A DNA stretch of 64,000 bases from NCBI GenBank assembly GCA_963832055.1, contig CAWHST010000004.1, positions 454,409 through 518,408 of the forward strand, in the 5' to 3' direction. A model generated the notes under the pieces. That model was given only the letters and a program-made list of their open reading frames with translations. It had not been told where the DNA came from and did not search any database. This DNA comes from an uncultured Gemmatimonadales bacterium. GTDB taxonomy: Bacteria > Gemmatimonadota > Gemmatimonadetes > Gemmatimonadales > GWC2-71-9. Of this stretch, positions 1 through 10,122 are shown piece after piece; position 1 is the first letter of the stretch; every line of letters starts with the position of its first letter. Position numbers and translations under genes: made by a program.

Positions 1-937
1 GCGCCGCCGACAGGTGGTACTTCCCGGCGAGAAACCATCGCTCCACGTACGGGATTCCCAGCCAGATCGCGGTCGACCCCAGCGCCACGAGCAGGATGAC
101 GAGCCGGGTCTCGCGGGCGATCAGCCGCCGGCGCTCCAGCACGTCGGGCGCCGCGCGCAGCCGCGGCAGCAGCGAGTAGCCGACGCCCATCTGCAGCACC
201 CGGAAGAGAGACCCGACGATCGCCGCGAGTACGCCGTACGTCGCCAGGTCGTGCAGGGGGAGCAGGTGGGGGATCAGGAGGCGCTCCAGCTGGATCAGCA
301 GTAGTCCGGCCGCGCTGAGCCCCGCCATCGCGAATGCCTCGCTCCAGGGAATGGCTACGTCGCGCCGGGGCTTCGCGTGACGCTCGCGGAAGAGCAGCCA
401 CCATCCCGCCGACGCCATGACGACGAAGCCGGCCGTCCAGATCAGGAGTGGAGGCTCGGCACCCTGAGTCCCGCCAGCACGACCCAGGCGGCGGACAACA
501 GCAGGATGAGATTGGGGCTCTGGTTGAGTGCCAGCGAGATCCCGAACCGCTGCTCGCTCTGGAACTGCCCGCCGGCGACCATCAGCGCCCCGCCGGCAAT
601 CGTGGACACCAGGATCATCAGAGGTGACGGACGGCGAAGTCTCATAGCCGACCACGCCGACCGCGGCGAAGAGGAGACCCGCGGGTATGATCGTGCGCAG
701 GATGTGTCGGAGAAGCCGGGGCCCGGCCTCGAGCGGAAGCCGGTTCACTACGCCGTCCACGCCGGCCGGCGCGAGCGGATAGCCGACGTTCACCAGCGCC
801 ACCACGAGGGTGAAGAGCGCGTACGCGGTGGTGGTCAGCGATCGGGCCAACATCAGATTCGCGACGGCGAAGCCAGCCCCGGAGAGTCCCAGTACCGCGA
901 CGGTGCGGAGCGTGGGCGACCGCCACAGCCGCCTCAC
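1..937 (-). CDS. Wzx/PST-family polysaccharide flippase (partial, runs off left edge; interrupted by ~2 frameshifts)
   Basis: My minus-strand translation starts at GTG 935-937 (GTGA overlap with the upstream GT stop): MRRLWRSPTLRTVAVLGLSGAGFAVANLMLARSL... It continues in a second frame (track ORF 442..645, ...NLILLLSAAWVVLAG) and a third (...LIWTAGFVVMASAGWWLLF...LPRLRAAPDVLERRRLIARETRLVILLVALGSTAIWLGIPYVERWF). Multi-TM and flippase-like. Frame switches near ~650 and ~470. Confidence 0.6.
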   Translation of the reverse strand, partial: MRRLWRSPTLRTVAVLGLSGAGFAVANLMLARSLTTTAYALFTLVVALVNVGYPLAPAGVDGVVNRLPLEAGPRLLRHILRTIIPAGLLFAAVGVVGYETSPSVTSDDPGVHDCRRGADGRRRAVPERAAVRDLAGTQPEPQSHPAVVRRLGRAGGTQGAEPPLLIWTAGFVVMASAGWWLLFRERHAKPRRDVAIPWSEAFAMAGLSAAGLLLIQLERLLIPHLLPLHDLATYGVLAAIVGSLFRVLQMGVGYSLLPRLRAAPDVLERRRLIARETRLVILLVALGSTAIWLGIPYVERWFLAGKYHLSAA

Positions 938-2107
938 GCGGAGGGCTGCCGCACGCGGGCCTCCATCGTGGTGTAGAAGGCCGCCAGCTTGCGGCGCGCC
1001 GCCTGGGGAGTGTGCTCGCGCTGCACGTAAGCCTTGGCGCTGGTGGCGAGCCGGAGCCGCAGCTCGGGGTCGCGCAACAGCGTGGCGAGGCCCTGGCCGA
1101 AGGCGGCCGGCTCCGGATCCACCAGGTAGGCCACGCCGTCATCGAGCACCTGGGTATGGGTGCGGAGCCGGGTCGCCAGTACCGCCGATCCCGAGTCGAG
1201 GTAGGAGTAGATCTTCATCGGGGTGTTGAGTCCCTTAAGTCGGGGCGAGACCAGCACATCGGCTTGCTGGAGCAGCCCGGGCAGTAGGCCGATCGGCCGG
1301 GGTCCCATGAACACGACCGACGACGCCATTCCCAGCCGCTCGGTTCGCCCGCGATAGCGGGCGATGTCGTCATCCCGCCCGCCGACGATCAGGAGCTTTG
1401 CCTCGGGCACGGTGCTCAGCGTGTGACGGAAGCCCTCCAGGAGGAGATCGATGCCCTGATACGGCTCGAGATTGCCCACGTACATGGCGACCGGACCGCC
1501 GTCCGTTCCGGGAAGGGTGCGGCCGTCCCGGTTGCCGGTCACCTTCGGCGAGAAGCGTCGTGTCCTCCACCCGGCCGACCGGCTTCCCGGGGTCGTGTGC
1601 CTGGGCGATGTCCTCCAACGCCGCGCACACGGTCAGCACCCCGATGCTCCGCCGGATGGCCATCCCCTCCATGCGGCGGAATGCGGGAAACAGGAAGCCG
1701 AGCGACGGGTAGGTCTCGACCATCTGCTCCGCGAGGGAGGAATCCATGTCGTAGACGTAGGGGACGCCGGAGAGCGCTTGCATACCGCCGGCGATGAAGG
1801 CCGACTCCTCGACCGCGTGGACGAGATCGTATCTGGTGCGGCGCATCATGCCGAGGCAGGCGACCACCATCAGCAAGTCGGAAACGACCTTCTTGAAGGA
1901 GAATCCCGCCCGGATGTTGGTCAGGCCCGGAACCCGGAGCGTGCGGTGCAACTTGCAGTTGGCGATCTCGACCTCGGCGCCCTCGGAATAGGTGAGGACG
2001 TCCACCGAGTGTCCCCGCTCGCTCAGGAACTCCAGCACGCCCTTGACGGCGATCGGCGTGCCGCGGGCCTGATAGAACGGGTGCGGCGCGAGCAGCAGGA
2101 TCTTCAC
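934..2107 (-). CDS. GT-B glycosyltransferase (GT1/GT4 family), one apparent frameshift near ~1545
   Basis: ORF 1370..2107 supplies the N-terminal GT-B half (MKILLLAPHPFYQARGTPIAVKG...). ORF 934..1542 supplies the C-terminal half (VGNLEPYQGIDLLLEGF...LLIVGG...VLVSPR...). The two halves are contiguous only after a 1-nt correction. Confidence 0.85.
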
Positions 2108-3623
2108 GCCGGCCCCGCCCGCGCACCGAGGCTACCTCGGCGGCTCGCCGCCCTTCGTCCCAACCGAGCGCATCGCCGACGATCCGCGGCGGCCTGCTCG
2201 ACCGCCTCGTGGCCGGGCCCCGGAGGGTCACCCAGCTCGGTCCTGCGATGCACGACGTCACCCAAGGTCACCGCCATTTCCTCCCGGGCCGCGTGCAGGA
2301 TCCGCCGCGCCAGGGGAGGCCGGTCGCCTGGCGAGAGCTCCGCACCCACCAATGGGGTCTCGGCGGTGCGGCAGGCACGCGGTTGAAGACCCATGGAAGC
2401 TAGCACCAGAGTCACCACCTCCTGGGCCACCGCCCGCGCGGTGGTGTACTTCACCGCCTCCACGGTCAAAAGATTGGCGGGCCCGGACGCGGCCGGCCCG
2501 CTTATGCGGGGCCGCTCAGCCAGAGTGACGGAGGGTCCCGACTCCAGGCCTGCCTTGAGCGGAAGACGTCCCCACTGCCGCCCGACCACGTCGGCGCCGG
2601 AGAGCTCGAGCCCGGGACACGCCCGGTTGAACTCGGCGAGAAGCGTCTCGGCGCCTCGCTCCAGCGCCGGGCCGGGATCGCTGCTGTCGTCGGCCACGCC
2701 GTACCAGGTGCCGAGGAGGGTGCTACGCTCCTGCGGCGCCAGGAAAAGGAAGCGCCCACCCGATCCGCCCGGGTCCCCGTCGGAAGACGAGCTCGAGCGA
2801 AGACCGACGGCGAGGTCGGCCACCCGGCGTCCGATGACCAGGTTGAGGGCGAGGGCATGCCGCGGGATGCCGGGAGCGAAGCCGAGGCTCCTGCCGGCGC
2901 GGGCGGCCAGCGTCTCGGTCCACGGCCCCGCTGCGATCACGATCTGCCGGGCCCGCAGCTCGTGGCGCCGACCGGTGAGCCGGTCCACCAGGCCCACTGC
3001 GTGCACGGCGCCGCCTGAGACCTCGAATCCCTCCACCTCCGCGTGGTTGGCCACCTGAGCCCCGGCCCGACGCGGCGGAGACGACGAAGGCCAGGGTCAG
3101 GCGCTCGGGGTGCGTCATGCGCGCGTCGTACCAGAGTGCGCCGCCGCTCAAGCTGCCGGGGTCGAGGGCAGGGAAGAGCCGCAGGCACTCCGGCCGGGAG
3201 AGTAGGCGTCCCGCGGCGATGCGCCGGCGGGGATCGAGGTGGCGGTTCCGAGTGGGCGAAAGCAAGTGGGTGAGCGCGAGGCCGGCGCCGAAGGCCGCTC
3301 TGCCCGGCACGCCGGGCCCGCCCGGTAGGCACCAGCACCGGCAGCGGCTCGACCAGTCCCGGCGCGATACGCAGCAGCGCCGACCGCTCCCGGATGGATT
3401 CCCTCATCCTGGCGAGGTCACCGCGGGACAGGTAGCGGAGGCCGCCGTGCACGATCCGCAGGCTGTTGGCCGAGGTCGCCGCACCGAAGTCGTCCCGCTC
3501 CACCAGGGCCACCTTGAGTCCGCGGAGCGCCGCATCCCACGCGATGCAGGCGCCCTGGATGCCGCCCCCGATGACCAGAACGTCGTGCCTTATCCCGCCA
3601 AGCTGGTTCAGATCCCGCCGCAT
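2104..3623 (-). CDS. FAD-dependent oxidoreductase (GlpD/DAO-like), split over three frames
   Basis: The N-terminus has a dinucleotide-binding motif, DVLVIGGGIQGACIAWDAALRGLKVALVERDDF (ORF 2937..3623). The middle lies in ORF 2723..3310 and the C-terminal part in ORF 2104..3054 (...QIVIAAGPWTE...). Shifts near ~3320 and ~3060. The stop overlaps the next gene's start (2104/2107). Confidence 0.8.
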
Positions 3624-3650
3624 CGGCCCGACCGCCGCGCGCAGCCCCGC

Positions 3651-4637
3651 TCAGGTCCGTTCGCGAACACGATAGGCCCGGCGGTGCGGGGCGCGCAGAT
3701 GGACGATGATCTCGCCGACCAGGCCGAGTCCCAGGAGCTGCACGCCCAGGGCCAGCAACAGGACCGCGAGCAGCAGCAACGGCCGGTTGGCGATGCCCTG
3801 GCCCTCGATGCGGTTGACCAGGAGCACCAGCGAGGTGATCGCGCCGGCGAGGAAGAACCCGGAGCCCACCAGCCCGAAGAAGCGCAGGGGCTTCTCGGTG
3901 AATTTGGCGAGGAAGAAGAACGCGGCGATGTCGAGCAGCCGGCGGACGTAGACCCCGGGCCCGTACAGCCGGGTGCGGGCGTTGCTCGGGTGCTGGGGCA
4001 CGGCCACCTCGGTCACCCGGTACCCCTCGCGCAGGGCCAGCGCCGGAATGAAGCGGTGGAGGTCGCCGTAGAGCGGGAGCCCCTCGGCCACGGTCCGGCG
4101 GATCACTCGGACGCCGCAGGCGATGTCGTGGAACGGGCGGTCGGTGACCCCGGCGATCATCCGGTTGAAGGCCGCCGACTGCAGCCGGTTGAGCCAGCCG
4201 TCGATGCGGGGCGACCGGCTGGCCACGACCATGTCGGTCTCGTCGCTCAGCGCGTCCAGCAGCATCCCGACGCCCTCGGGCTTCACCTGGAAGTAGGCGG
4301 GCAGCGTCAGGATCACGTCGCCCCGGCTCCGCTCGATGCCGAGTCGCAGTGCCGCGGTCTCGCCGAAGGCGCGGGCAAAGCGGAGAAAGCGGATGTGCTC
4401 CCGCTCCTGGCTCAGTGCGGAGAGCTCGGGGGGAGGGGTGTTCCCGCCGTCGAACACGAAGATGAACTCGTGCTCCGCGCCTCGGGATTCCAGCTCGGCG
4501 GTGAAGGTCCGGTACAGGGCCACGAGATCATCCGCCCTCTCGACGACCGGAACGACCACCGAGATGTATCCGGCGCCGGCGCCGCTTTTGGCGGGCGACC
4601 GCTCGAGGGACGGTTCCATCAGCACACCCTGCCCCAT
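3651..4637 (-). CDS. GT2 glycosyltransferase with C-terminal TM helices (polyprenyl-phosphate glycosyltransferase-like)
   Basis: ISVVVPVVERADDL...FIFVFDGG...DMVVASR...HRFIPALA, followed by a hydrophobic tail (FFGLVGSGFFLAGAITSLVLLV...LLLLAVLLLALGVQLLGLGLVGE). The ORF is intact. Confidence 0.85.
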   Translation of the reverse strand: MGQGVLMEPSLERSPAKSGAGAGYISVVVPVVERADDLVALYRTFTAELESRGAEHEFIFVFDGGNTPPPELSALSQEREHIRFLRFARAFGETAALRLGIERSRGDVILTLPAYFQVKPEGVGMLLDALSDETDMVVASRSPRIDGWLNRLQSAAFNRMIAGVTDRPFHDIACGVRVIRRTVAEGLPLYGDLHRFIPALALREGYRVTEVAVPQHPSNARTRLYGPGVYVRRLLDIAAFFFLAKFTEKPLRFFGLVGSGFFLAGAITSLVLLVNRIEGQGIANRPLLLLAVLLLALGVQLLGLGLVGEIIVHLRAPHRRAYRVRERT

Positions 4638-4638
4638 G

Positions 4639-5611
4639 TCAACGGACCTCCCAGGCTGTCGGAATCTCGTTGGCGCTTTCCCGCTCGCTGCTCAAGGCCA
4701 CCTCGGCTACCAGTCCCAGCATCAACAGGTAGAACGCGGCGCCGGCGCACAGCAGCGCGGCACCGGGAAAGACCAGGGCCTCGGCCTTGGACTGCTGGAA
4801 CTCCATCGCGGCCACCACGGCCATCGCCGCGAAGAGCAGTGCTCCGATCACCATCGGCACCGCCAGCGTGCCGAACCCGAGCAGCGGGCGCGAGCGGAAG
4901 GTGGTGATCATCTTGAGGGTGAGCAGGTCGGCCAGCACCTTCACCGTGCGTGAAATGCCGTACTTGCTCTCGCCGAACCGGCGGGCGTGATGGCGAACCG
5001 GCATCTCGGTGATCCGTGCGCCCACGCTCGCGCTGAGGGCCGGGATGAAGCGGTGCTGCTCCGCGTAGAGCGAGATCCGGTCGAGCAGCTCCCGGCGGTA
5101 GGCCTTGAGCGAGCAGCCGTTGTCCGTAATCTGTACCCCGGTCAGACGCCGGATGATCCGGTTCGCGACCCATGACGGCACCTTGCGCAAGAGAAACTTG
5201 TCCTGCCGCTGTTGCCGCCATCCGCAGACCAGGTCGTACCCCTCGTCGAGCTTGGCCAGGAGAGCCGGGATGTCACGCGGATCGTTCTGCAGGTCGCCGT
5301 CCAACGACACGATCACGCGTCCCCGGGCGTGATCGAACCCGGCCATCATGGCCGCGGTCTGGCCCACGTTTCGTCCCAAACCGAGTCCTCGAACCCTCGG
5401 GTCGCCTGCCGACGCGGCGGCCACTCGGGTCCAGGTGTCGTCCCGGCTCCCGTCGTCCACCAGGATGACCTCGAAGCTACCGGAATAGCCGGCGAGGCGC
5501 CTCGAGGATCCAGTCGACGAGAGGAGCCACGTTCTGAGACTCGTTGTACAACGGGGCGACCACCGACAGGTCGAGCTGGTCGGCCGGCGCCGTCGGGGCA
5601 ATCGAGGCCAT
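4639..5611 (-). CDS. GT2 glycosyltransferase (GtrB/DPM-synthase-like) with C-terminal TM helices; frameshift near ~5500
   Basis: The N-terminus MASIAPTAPADQLDLSVVAPLYNESQNVAPLVDWI lies in ORF 5477..5680. The rest is in ORF 4639..5649 (FEVILVDDGSRDDT...VSLDGDLQNDP...CGWRQQRQD...HRFIPAL...). The gene abuts the downstream GT2 (4637/4639). Confidence 0.85.
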
Positions 5612-5847
5612 GTCGCGTAGGCTTTCCGGTTTGTTGGACCCGGCTGCAAGATATGGACTTGACCCGCGCCTTACCAGCAATCCGCGTTCCGCTCACGCCC
5701 ACCTGGACCGCAGAGGCCAACCAATGGCGTGTCAATGATTTGTACCAAACGGCGGGACCCGGCCGGGAGCCGAGTGGTGGCGGATCGCACGAATATGGCC
5801 AGGGGACGACAGCGAGGACTCCAGGGCCCAACCGGTGGGGGCGAAGC

Positions 5848-6606
5848 TCACCAGCCTCCGCGGCGGAGAAAGACCACCGGGATGGTCTGCAGCATGATGC
5901 GGATGTCTTCGCCCAGGCTCCGCCGCCGGATGTACTCCAGGTCGTAGCGAACCTTGGTCCGGACGTCGTCCACCGAGCGGTCGTAGTGGTGGTGGATCTG
6001 GGCCAGGCCCGTGATCCCCGGCTTGGCCCGCTGGCGCAGCGGGTACTCGGCGATGTGCTCCCGCAGCTCGGCGAAGATGGTGGGCCGCTCGGGCCGGGGG
6101 CCGACGATGTTCATCTCGCCCCGCATGACGTTCAGCAGCTGGGGGATCTCGTCCAGCCGGTACTGGCGGAGGAAGCGGCCGACCGGGGTGATCCGGGGAT
6201 CGTTCTGGGTGGCCCAGACCGCGCCGGTGGCGCGCTCGGCGTCCACCTGCATCGTGCGGAACTTGTAGATGGTGAAGGGCTGGCCCCCGAGGTCACGGGT
6301 GCGCCGGCGGTTCCCCGCGTCGTTCCCGGAGGCGCGTCGGTCGAGCCCGACCCGCTCCTGCAGGTAGAGTACCGGGCCTCGGGAGGTGAGCTTGATGGCC
6401 AGGGCGATCAGGAGGAGCAATGGCAGCGCGACGAACAGGGCCAAGGCGGCGATGATGAGATTCATCACGCGATGCGCGGTGACATCCGCCTCCTCGACCA
6501 GAGCGTGCGCACCGGAGACGCGCACGCGCGCCGGGCTCGGCGACATCGAGCCCGTCAACAACTGGTGTGAAGGCTGTCGCCGCGGTCCCGAGGTGGCTAT
6601 GCCCAT
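5848..6606 (-). CDS. Undecaprenyl-phosphate sugar phosphotransferase (bacterial sugar transferase family, small EpsL/WbaP C-terminal type)
   Basis: ...LTSRGPVLYLQERVG...FTIYKFRTM...DPRITPVGRFLRQYRLDEIPQLLNVMRGEMNIVGPRPERP...KPGITGLAQI. The start is uncertain, with alternatives at 6546 or 6465. Confidence 0.9.
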   Translation of the reverse strand: MGIATSGPRRQPSHQLLTGSMSPSPARVRVSGAHALVEEADVTAHRVMNLIIAALALFVALPLLLLIALAIKLTSRGPVLYLQERVGLDRRASGNDAGNRRRTRDLGGQPFTIYKFRTMQVDAERATGAVWATQNDPRITPVGRFLRQYRLDEIPQLLNVMRGEMNIVGPRPERPTIFAELREHIAEYPLRQRAKPGITGLAQIHHHYDRSVDDVRTKVRYDLEYIRRRSLGEDIRIMLQTIPVVFLRRGGW

Positions 6607-6728
6607 TCGTCCTGTCCTTGAGCACCCGGATATAGCCGACCGCGGTCACGGTGGGACGCTCGGGCGCGTTTGTTCACGGTAACAGGGAACAACGATCTTC
6701 CCTGTGACGCGTCTCACTACACGGCGGC

Positions 6729-6938
6729 TCAGCCGGCGCTGCTACGCCCGGCTGGGTGCTTTGTCGGACGGAGAATCGGATCGGTCAGCTCGCCCAAGCC
6801 GAACCGCGCGAGCAGACGACTGAAGCGCGAGCGCTCGACCGGAAGCTCGGCCGGCGGCCGCCCGAGCCCACCCTGGCCCGAAACGCTCGTCGTCGCTTCC
6901 GAGGGCGCGGAAATCTGCGGGACTGGTCGCTGAGCCAT
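6729..6938 (-). CDS. Hypothetical small protein (69 aa)
   Basis: ATG-initiated sub-ORF of track ORF 6729..6956 (MAQRPVPQISAPSEATT...). GC3 is fairly high by eye. It lies ~130 nt downstream of a TTGTATAAG motif in the same orientation. No similarity recognised. Confidence 0.25.
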   Translation of the reverse strand: MAQRPVPQISAPSEATTSVSGQGGLGRPPAELPVERSRFSRLLARFGLGELTDPILRPTKHPAGRSSAG

Positions 6939-7374
6939 GCTGCACCATTGTTGCAAAGTTTTGCACTATCCAACGGCGTATCCCGATCGTGATTCAATAA
7001 TGACGCCGCGAATTCATGGCGCTCGGGCCGGCTCAACTCCCCTCGAGATCTGGATATCTAAGCCCCTATCTTATACAATGTTACCAACTCATGCCAGAGC
7101 CCGGTGCAACCCGGCGGTCCGGCGGGCCGCTCCGTTGCTCGGAAACCACAAGGTGGATGCGTCCTCCCACCACCGCCCTCAGGGGGGTACCTGACGTGGC
7201 ACGCCAGCATCCAAACTGTGGCGCTGCTCCCGCGGTCCGCCTTCACGGCGCTCCGATCGCTGCGGCCAAGTGTGTAAGCTCCATGCTCTTACGAATTCGC
7301 GACCCGGCCCGCACGACTCCTGCGGTCTAAGCCGGATCTGACCACCCCGCCGTCCCTACACCTTGGCACTCCCC

Positions 7375-8331
7375 ATGGCGAACCGAGATAAGGCCCCCAA
7401 TGCACCGCTCGTGCTGATCGCGAACGATCAGGAGTGGTCCGCCCGATCGCTGGAGAGCATTCTGGGCCCCAGCGGCTATTCGGTCGTGCGAGCCTACACC
7501 GGTCAGCAGGCCTTGGAGCGCGCGAGATCGTCCCAGCCCGACCTGATCATCCTCGACGCCCAGATGCCGGACATGCACGGGTTCGAGGTCTGCCGGACGC
7601 TGCGGAACGACCCGCGATTCAGCGCGACTACGCCAATCGTGATCACCACCTCCGGTCCATCGGGCCGCACCCAACGGCTGGAGGCGTACCGCGCCGGCGC
7701 CTGGGAATTCCTCGGCCAGCCGCTGGACGGCGAGGCGCTGCTCCTCAAGCTGAACACCTTCCTTCAGTGCAAGCGCGAGGTGGACGGCCTTCGGGAGGAG
7801 AATCTGCTCGACCCCGGCACCGGGCTCTACAACATGCGGGGACTTTCCCGGCGCGCCCGGGAAATCGGCGCGGAGGCGTTCCGTCGGAGGGACCCGATCG
7901 CCTGCGTGGTGTTCGCTCCCGATGCCGACGAGCAGGAGCCGGACACCGAGGAGGACGACGAGGCGCGCCGCACGTCCGACCAGGTGGCACTGCTGTTCCG
8001 TCAGGCCGGCCGGGCGTCGGACGCCATCGGACGGCTGGGACAGTCGGAATACGGTGTGATCGCGCCCGCCACCGGCCCCGAGGCCGCGATCCGCATGGTG
8101 CGCCGGCTCGGCGGCGTCATCGAGTCGTCTCCGATTCCCGTCCGGGGCGGCGAAAAGACCCTGCGGCTGCGCGCCGGGTACTGCGCCGTCCCCGACTTCG
8201 CCGAATCCTCGGTGGACGCCGTGGAGCTGCTCCTCCGGGCCACGACCGCGCTCCGCGACCTCAAACGAGAGGGCCAAGCGGGTGACCGAATTCGGGCGTT
8301 CGAACAGGTCCCCACCAAATTCGCCAACTAA
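7375..8331 (+). CDS. Response regulator: receiver domain + degenerate GGDEF-like domain
   Basis: REC: LVLIANDQ...DLIILDAQMPDMHGFEV...VITTSG...LGQPLD. The C-terminal half has the diguanylate-cyclase-like lead-in (DPGTGLYNMRGL) but carries GQSEY where GGDEF is expected. Confidence 0.8.
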   Translation: MANRDKAPNAPLVLIANDQEWSARSLESILGPSGYSVVRAYTGQQALERARSSQPDLIILDAQMPDMHGFEVCRTLRNDPRFSATTPIVITTSGPSGRTQRLEAYRAGAWEFLGQPLDGEALLLKLNTFLQCKREVDGLREENLLDPGTGLYNMRGLSRRAREIGAEAFRRRDPIACVVFAPDADEQEPDTEEDDEARRTSDQVALLFRQAGRASDAIGRLGQSEYGVIAPATGPEAAIRMVRRLGGVIESSPIPVRGGEKTLRLRAGYCAVPDFAESSVDAVELLLRATTALRDLKREGQAGDRIRAFEQVPTKFAN

Positions 8332-8410
8332 GCGGGGACCTAAATGTAGTGATGGCACAACGATATGCTGCGCCAGGTCGGCGCTCTGTAGCGCTCCCCC
8401 CTCAAAATGC

Positions 8411-8439
8411 TTGACACCAGCCCCCATCTGTTGTATAAG
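8411..8439 (+). promoter_or_regulatory. Sigma-70-like promoter: TTGACA - 17 nt - TATAAG
   Basis: TTGACA at 8411-8416, a 17-nt spacer, and TATAAG at 8434-8439. It sits 116 nt upstream of the NtrC-family gene. The -10 is part of the recurring TTGTATAAG motif. Confidence 0.45.
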
Positions 8440-8554
8440 AGACACTCTTCTATAGCCGCGGGTTAGCCCCTAGCCCGGCACCGGTACCGCAGCCGTCGCC
8501 ACTCCTCAGAACCGAGGAGCGGGCGAGTATGTCCGCCTGATCCAGGAGAGCAGG

Positions 8555-10075
8555 ATGGCCCACCCGCCGGCGCAGCCGGAGCGCAATGGTCCGCCCGCCT
8601 CAGAGGCGCCGCGCGATCCCCTATCCATTCCCAGCGAGGTCAAGGCGAGCATCCGTGTGCTCGTCGTGGACGATGAGCGCACGCTGCGGGAGAGCTGCGC
8701 GAGCGTGCTCCAGATGGACGGCTTCAATGTGACGCTGGTGGGGCGGGGCGAGGAGGCGCTGGAAACCGTCAAGCGGCGGAAGTTCGACATCATCCTGGTG
8801 GACCTGTACATGTCCCAGATCTCCGGTCTGGAGATCCTCCAGGCCGCGCTGGCCGCCTACAAGGACACCATCGTCGTCGTGATGACGGGCAACCCGAGCG
8901 TGACGAGCAGCATCGAGGCGCTCCGCGCAGGAGCCTGGGACTACCTCCCCAAGCCGTTCTCGGCGACCCACCTCCAGGTGCTCATCGGCCGTGCCTCGCA
9001 CGCGGTGATGATGTCCCGCGAGGCGCAGGACCTCCGGGTTCAGCTGATGAAGCAGCACGGGCACAGCGACAAGATCGCGTTGATCGGGATCTCGCCGCTG
9101 TTCCGCAAGGCCGTCGAGCTCGCCCGCAAGGTCGCGGCGACCGACGCGTCGGTCTTCATCAGTGGGGAGAGCGGCACCGGCAAGGAGGTCATCGCCCAGT
9201 TCATCCACCAGAACAGCCGTCGGGCCAGCCGGCCGCTGGTGCCGATCAACTGCGCCGCCCTCCCCGAGCCGCTCCTCGAGAGCGAGATGTTCGGGCACCG
9301 CAAAGGCGCCTTCACCGGTGCCGATCGGGACAAGCCCGGCCTGCTCGAGACCGCCAACGGCGGAACGCTCTTTCTCGACGAGCTGACCGAGATGACCATG
9401 CCGCTCCAGGCCAAGCTGCTGCGGGTCATCCAGGACGGCGTGGTGCGCCGGGTGGGGAGCGAGCAGCAGGACGCCGTGGTGGACGTCCGCTTCGTCTCCG
9501 CCACCAACCGCGAGCCGCAGGAGGCGGTGGATTCCGGCATCCTCCGGGGCGATCTCTTCTACCGCCTGCGGGTGGTGCCCATCAAGCTCCCGCCGCTCCG
9601 CAAGCGGCCGGAGGACATCCCGCTTCTCGCCAACCATTTTCTCACCTACTATTGGCAGCGTCATCGCCAGATGGGCGACCGGGCGCCCCGGCTCAGCGAG
9701 GCCAGCATCGGCTTCTTGCGCTCCCGGCCCTGGCGCGGCAACGTTCGGGAGTTGCAGAACGTGATCGAGCACGTCGCCGTGCTCGTCGAGCCCGATCAGG
9801 TGATTCAACCGAACGATATCCCGGTCTATGACGACGGAGCCGAGTGGCCCGCCGAGAGCGCGGTGCCGTCCGCCGTCATGGACGAGGCGTACCACCCCGC
9901 GAAAGACCGCGTCGTGGCGCAGTTCGAGAAGGAGTACCTGACCCGGCTGGTCAACCGCGCCGGGGGCAACATGTCGAAGGCGGCGCGGCTGGCCAGCATC
10001 GACCGGACCACCCTGTACCGGTTGATGGACAAGCACGAGTTTCATCGAGACGAGACACCCGGATCGACCGATTGA
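8555..10075 (+). CDS. Sigma-54-dependent response regulator (NtrC family: REC + AAA+ + Fis-type HTH)
   Basis: REC (RVLVVDDERTLRE...DIILVDLYMSQISGLE). AAA+ with Walker A GESGTGKE, the GAFTGA loop (RKGAFTGADRDKPG) and the ...WRGNVRELQN motif. C-terminal HTH (GGNMSKAARLASIDRTTLYRLM). Confidence 0.93.
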   Translation: MAHPPAQPERNGPPASEAPRDPLSIPSEVKASIRVLVVDDERTLRESCASVLQMDGFNVTLVGRGEEALETVKRRKFDIILVDLYMSQISGLEILQAALAAYKDTIVVVMTGNPSVTSSIEALRAGAWDYLPKPFSATHLQVLIGRASHAVMMSREAQDLRVQLMKQHGHSDKIALIGISPLFRKAVELARKVAATDASVFISGESGTGKEVIAQFIHQNSRRASRPLVPINCAALPEPLLESEMFGHRKGAFTGADRDKPGLLETANGGTLFLDELTEMTMPLQAKLLRVIQDGVVRRVGSEQQDAVVDVRFVSATNREPQEAVDSGILRGDLFYRLRVVPIKLPPLRKRPEDIPLLANHFLTYYWQRHRQMGDRAPRLSEASIGFLRSRPWRGNVRELQNVIEHVAVLVEPDQVIQPNDIPVYDDGAEWPAESAVPSAVMDEAYHPAKDRVVAQFEKEYLTRLVNRAGGNMSKAARLASIDRTTLYRLMDKHEFHRDETPGSTD

Positions 10076-10122
10076 CGCCTGATACCGCGATCTCCGGGAC
10101 CTCCAGCGGCGAGCGCCGCCGG

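Noticed and set aside
8353-8369. TGGCAC-N5-TATGCT upstream of the NtrC-family gene considered as a sigma-54 -24/-12 promoter.
   Set aside because: The GG-to-GC spacing is 11 nt instead of the canonical 10, and the -12 element is TATGC rather than TTGC. A well-formed sigma-70-type promoter lies 50 nt downstream.
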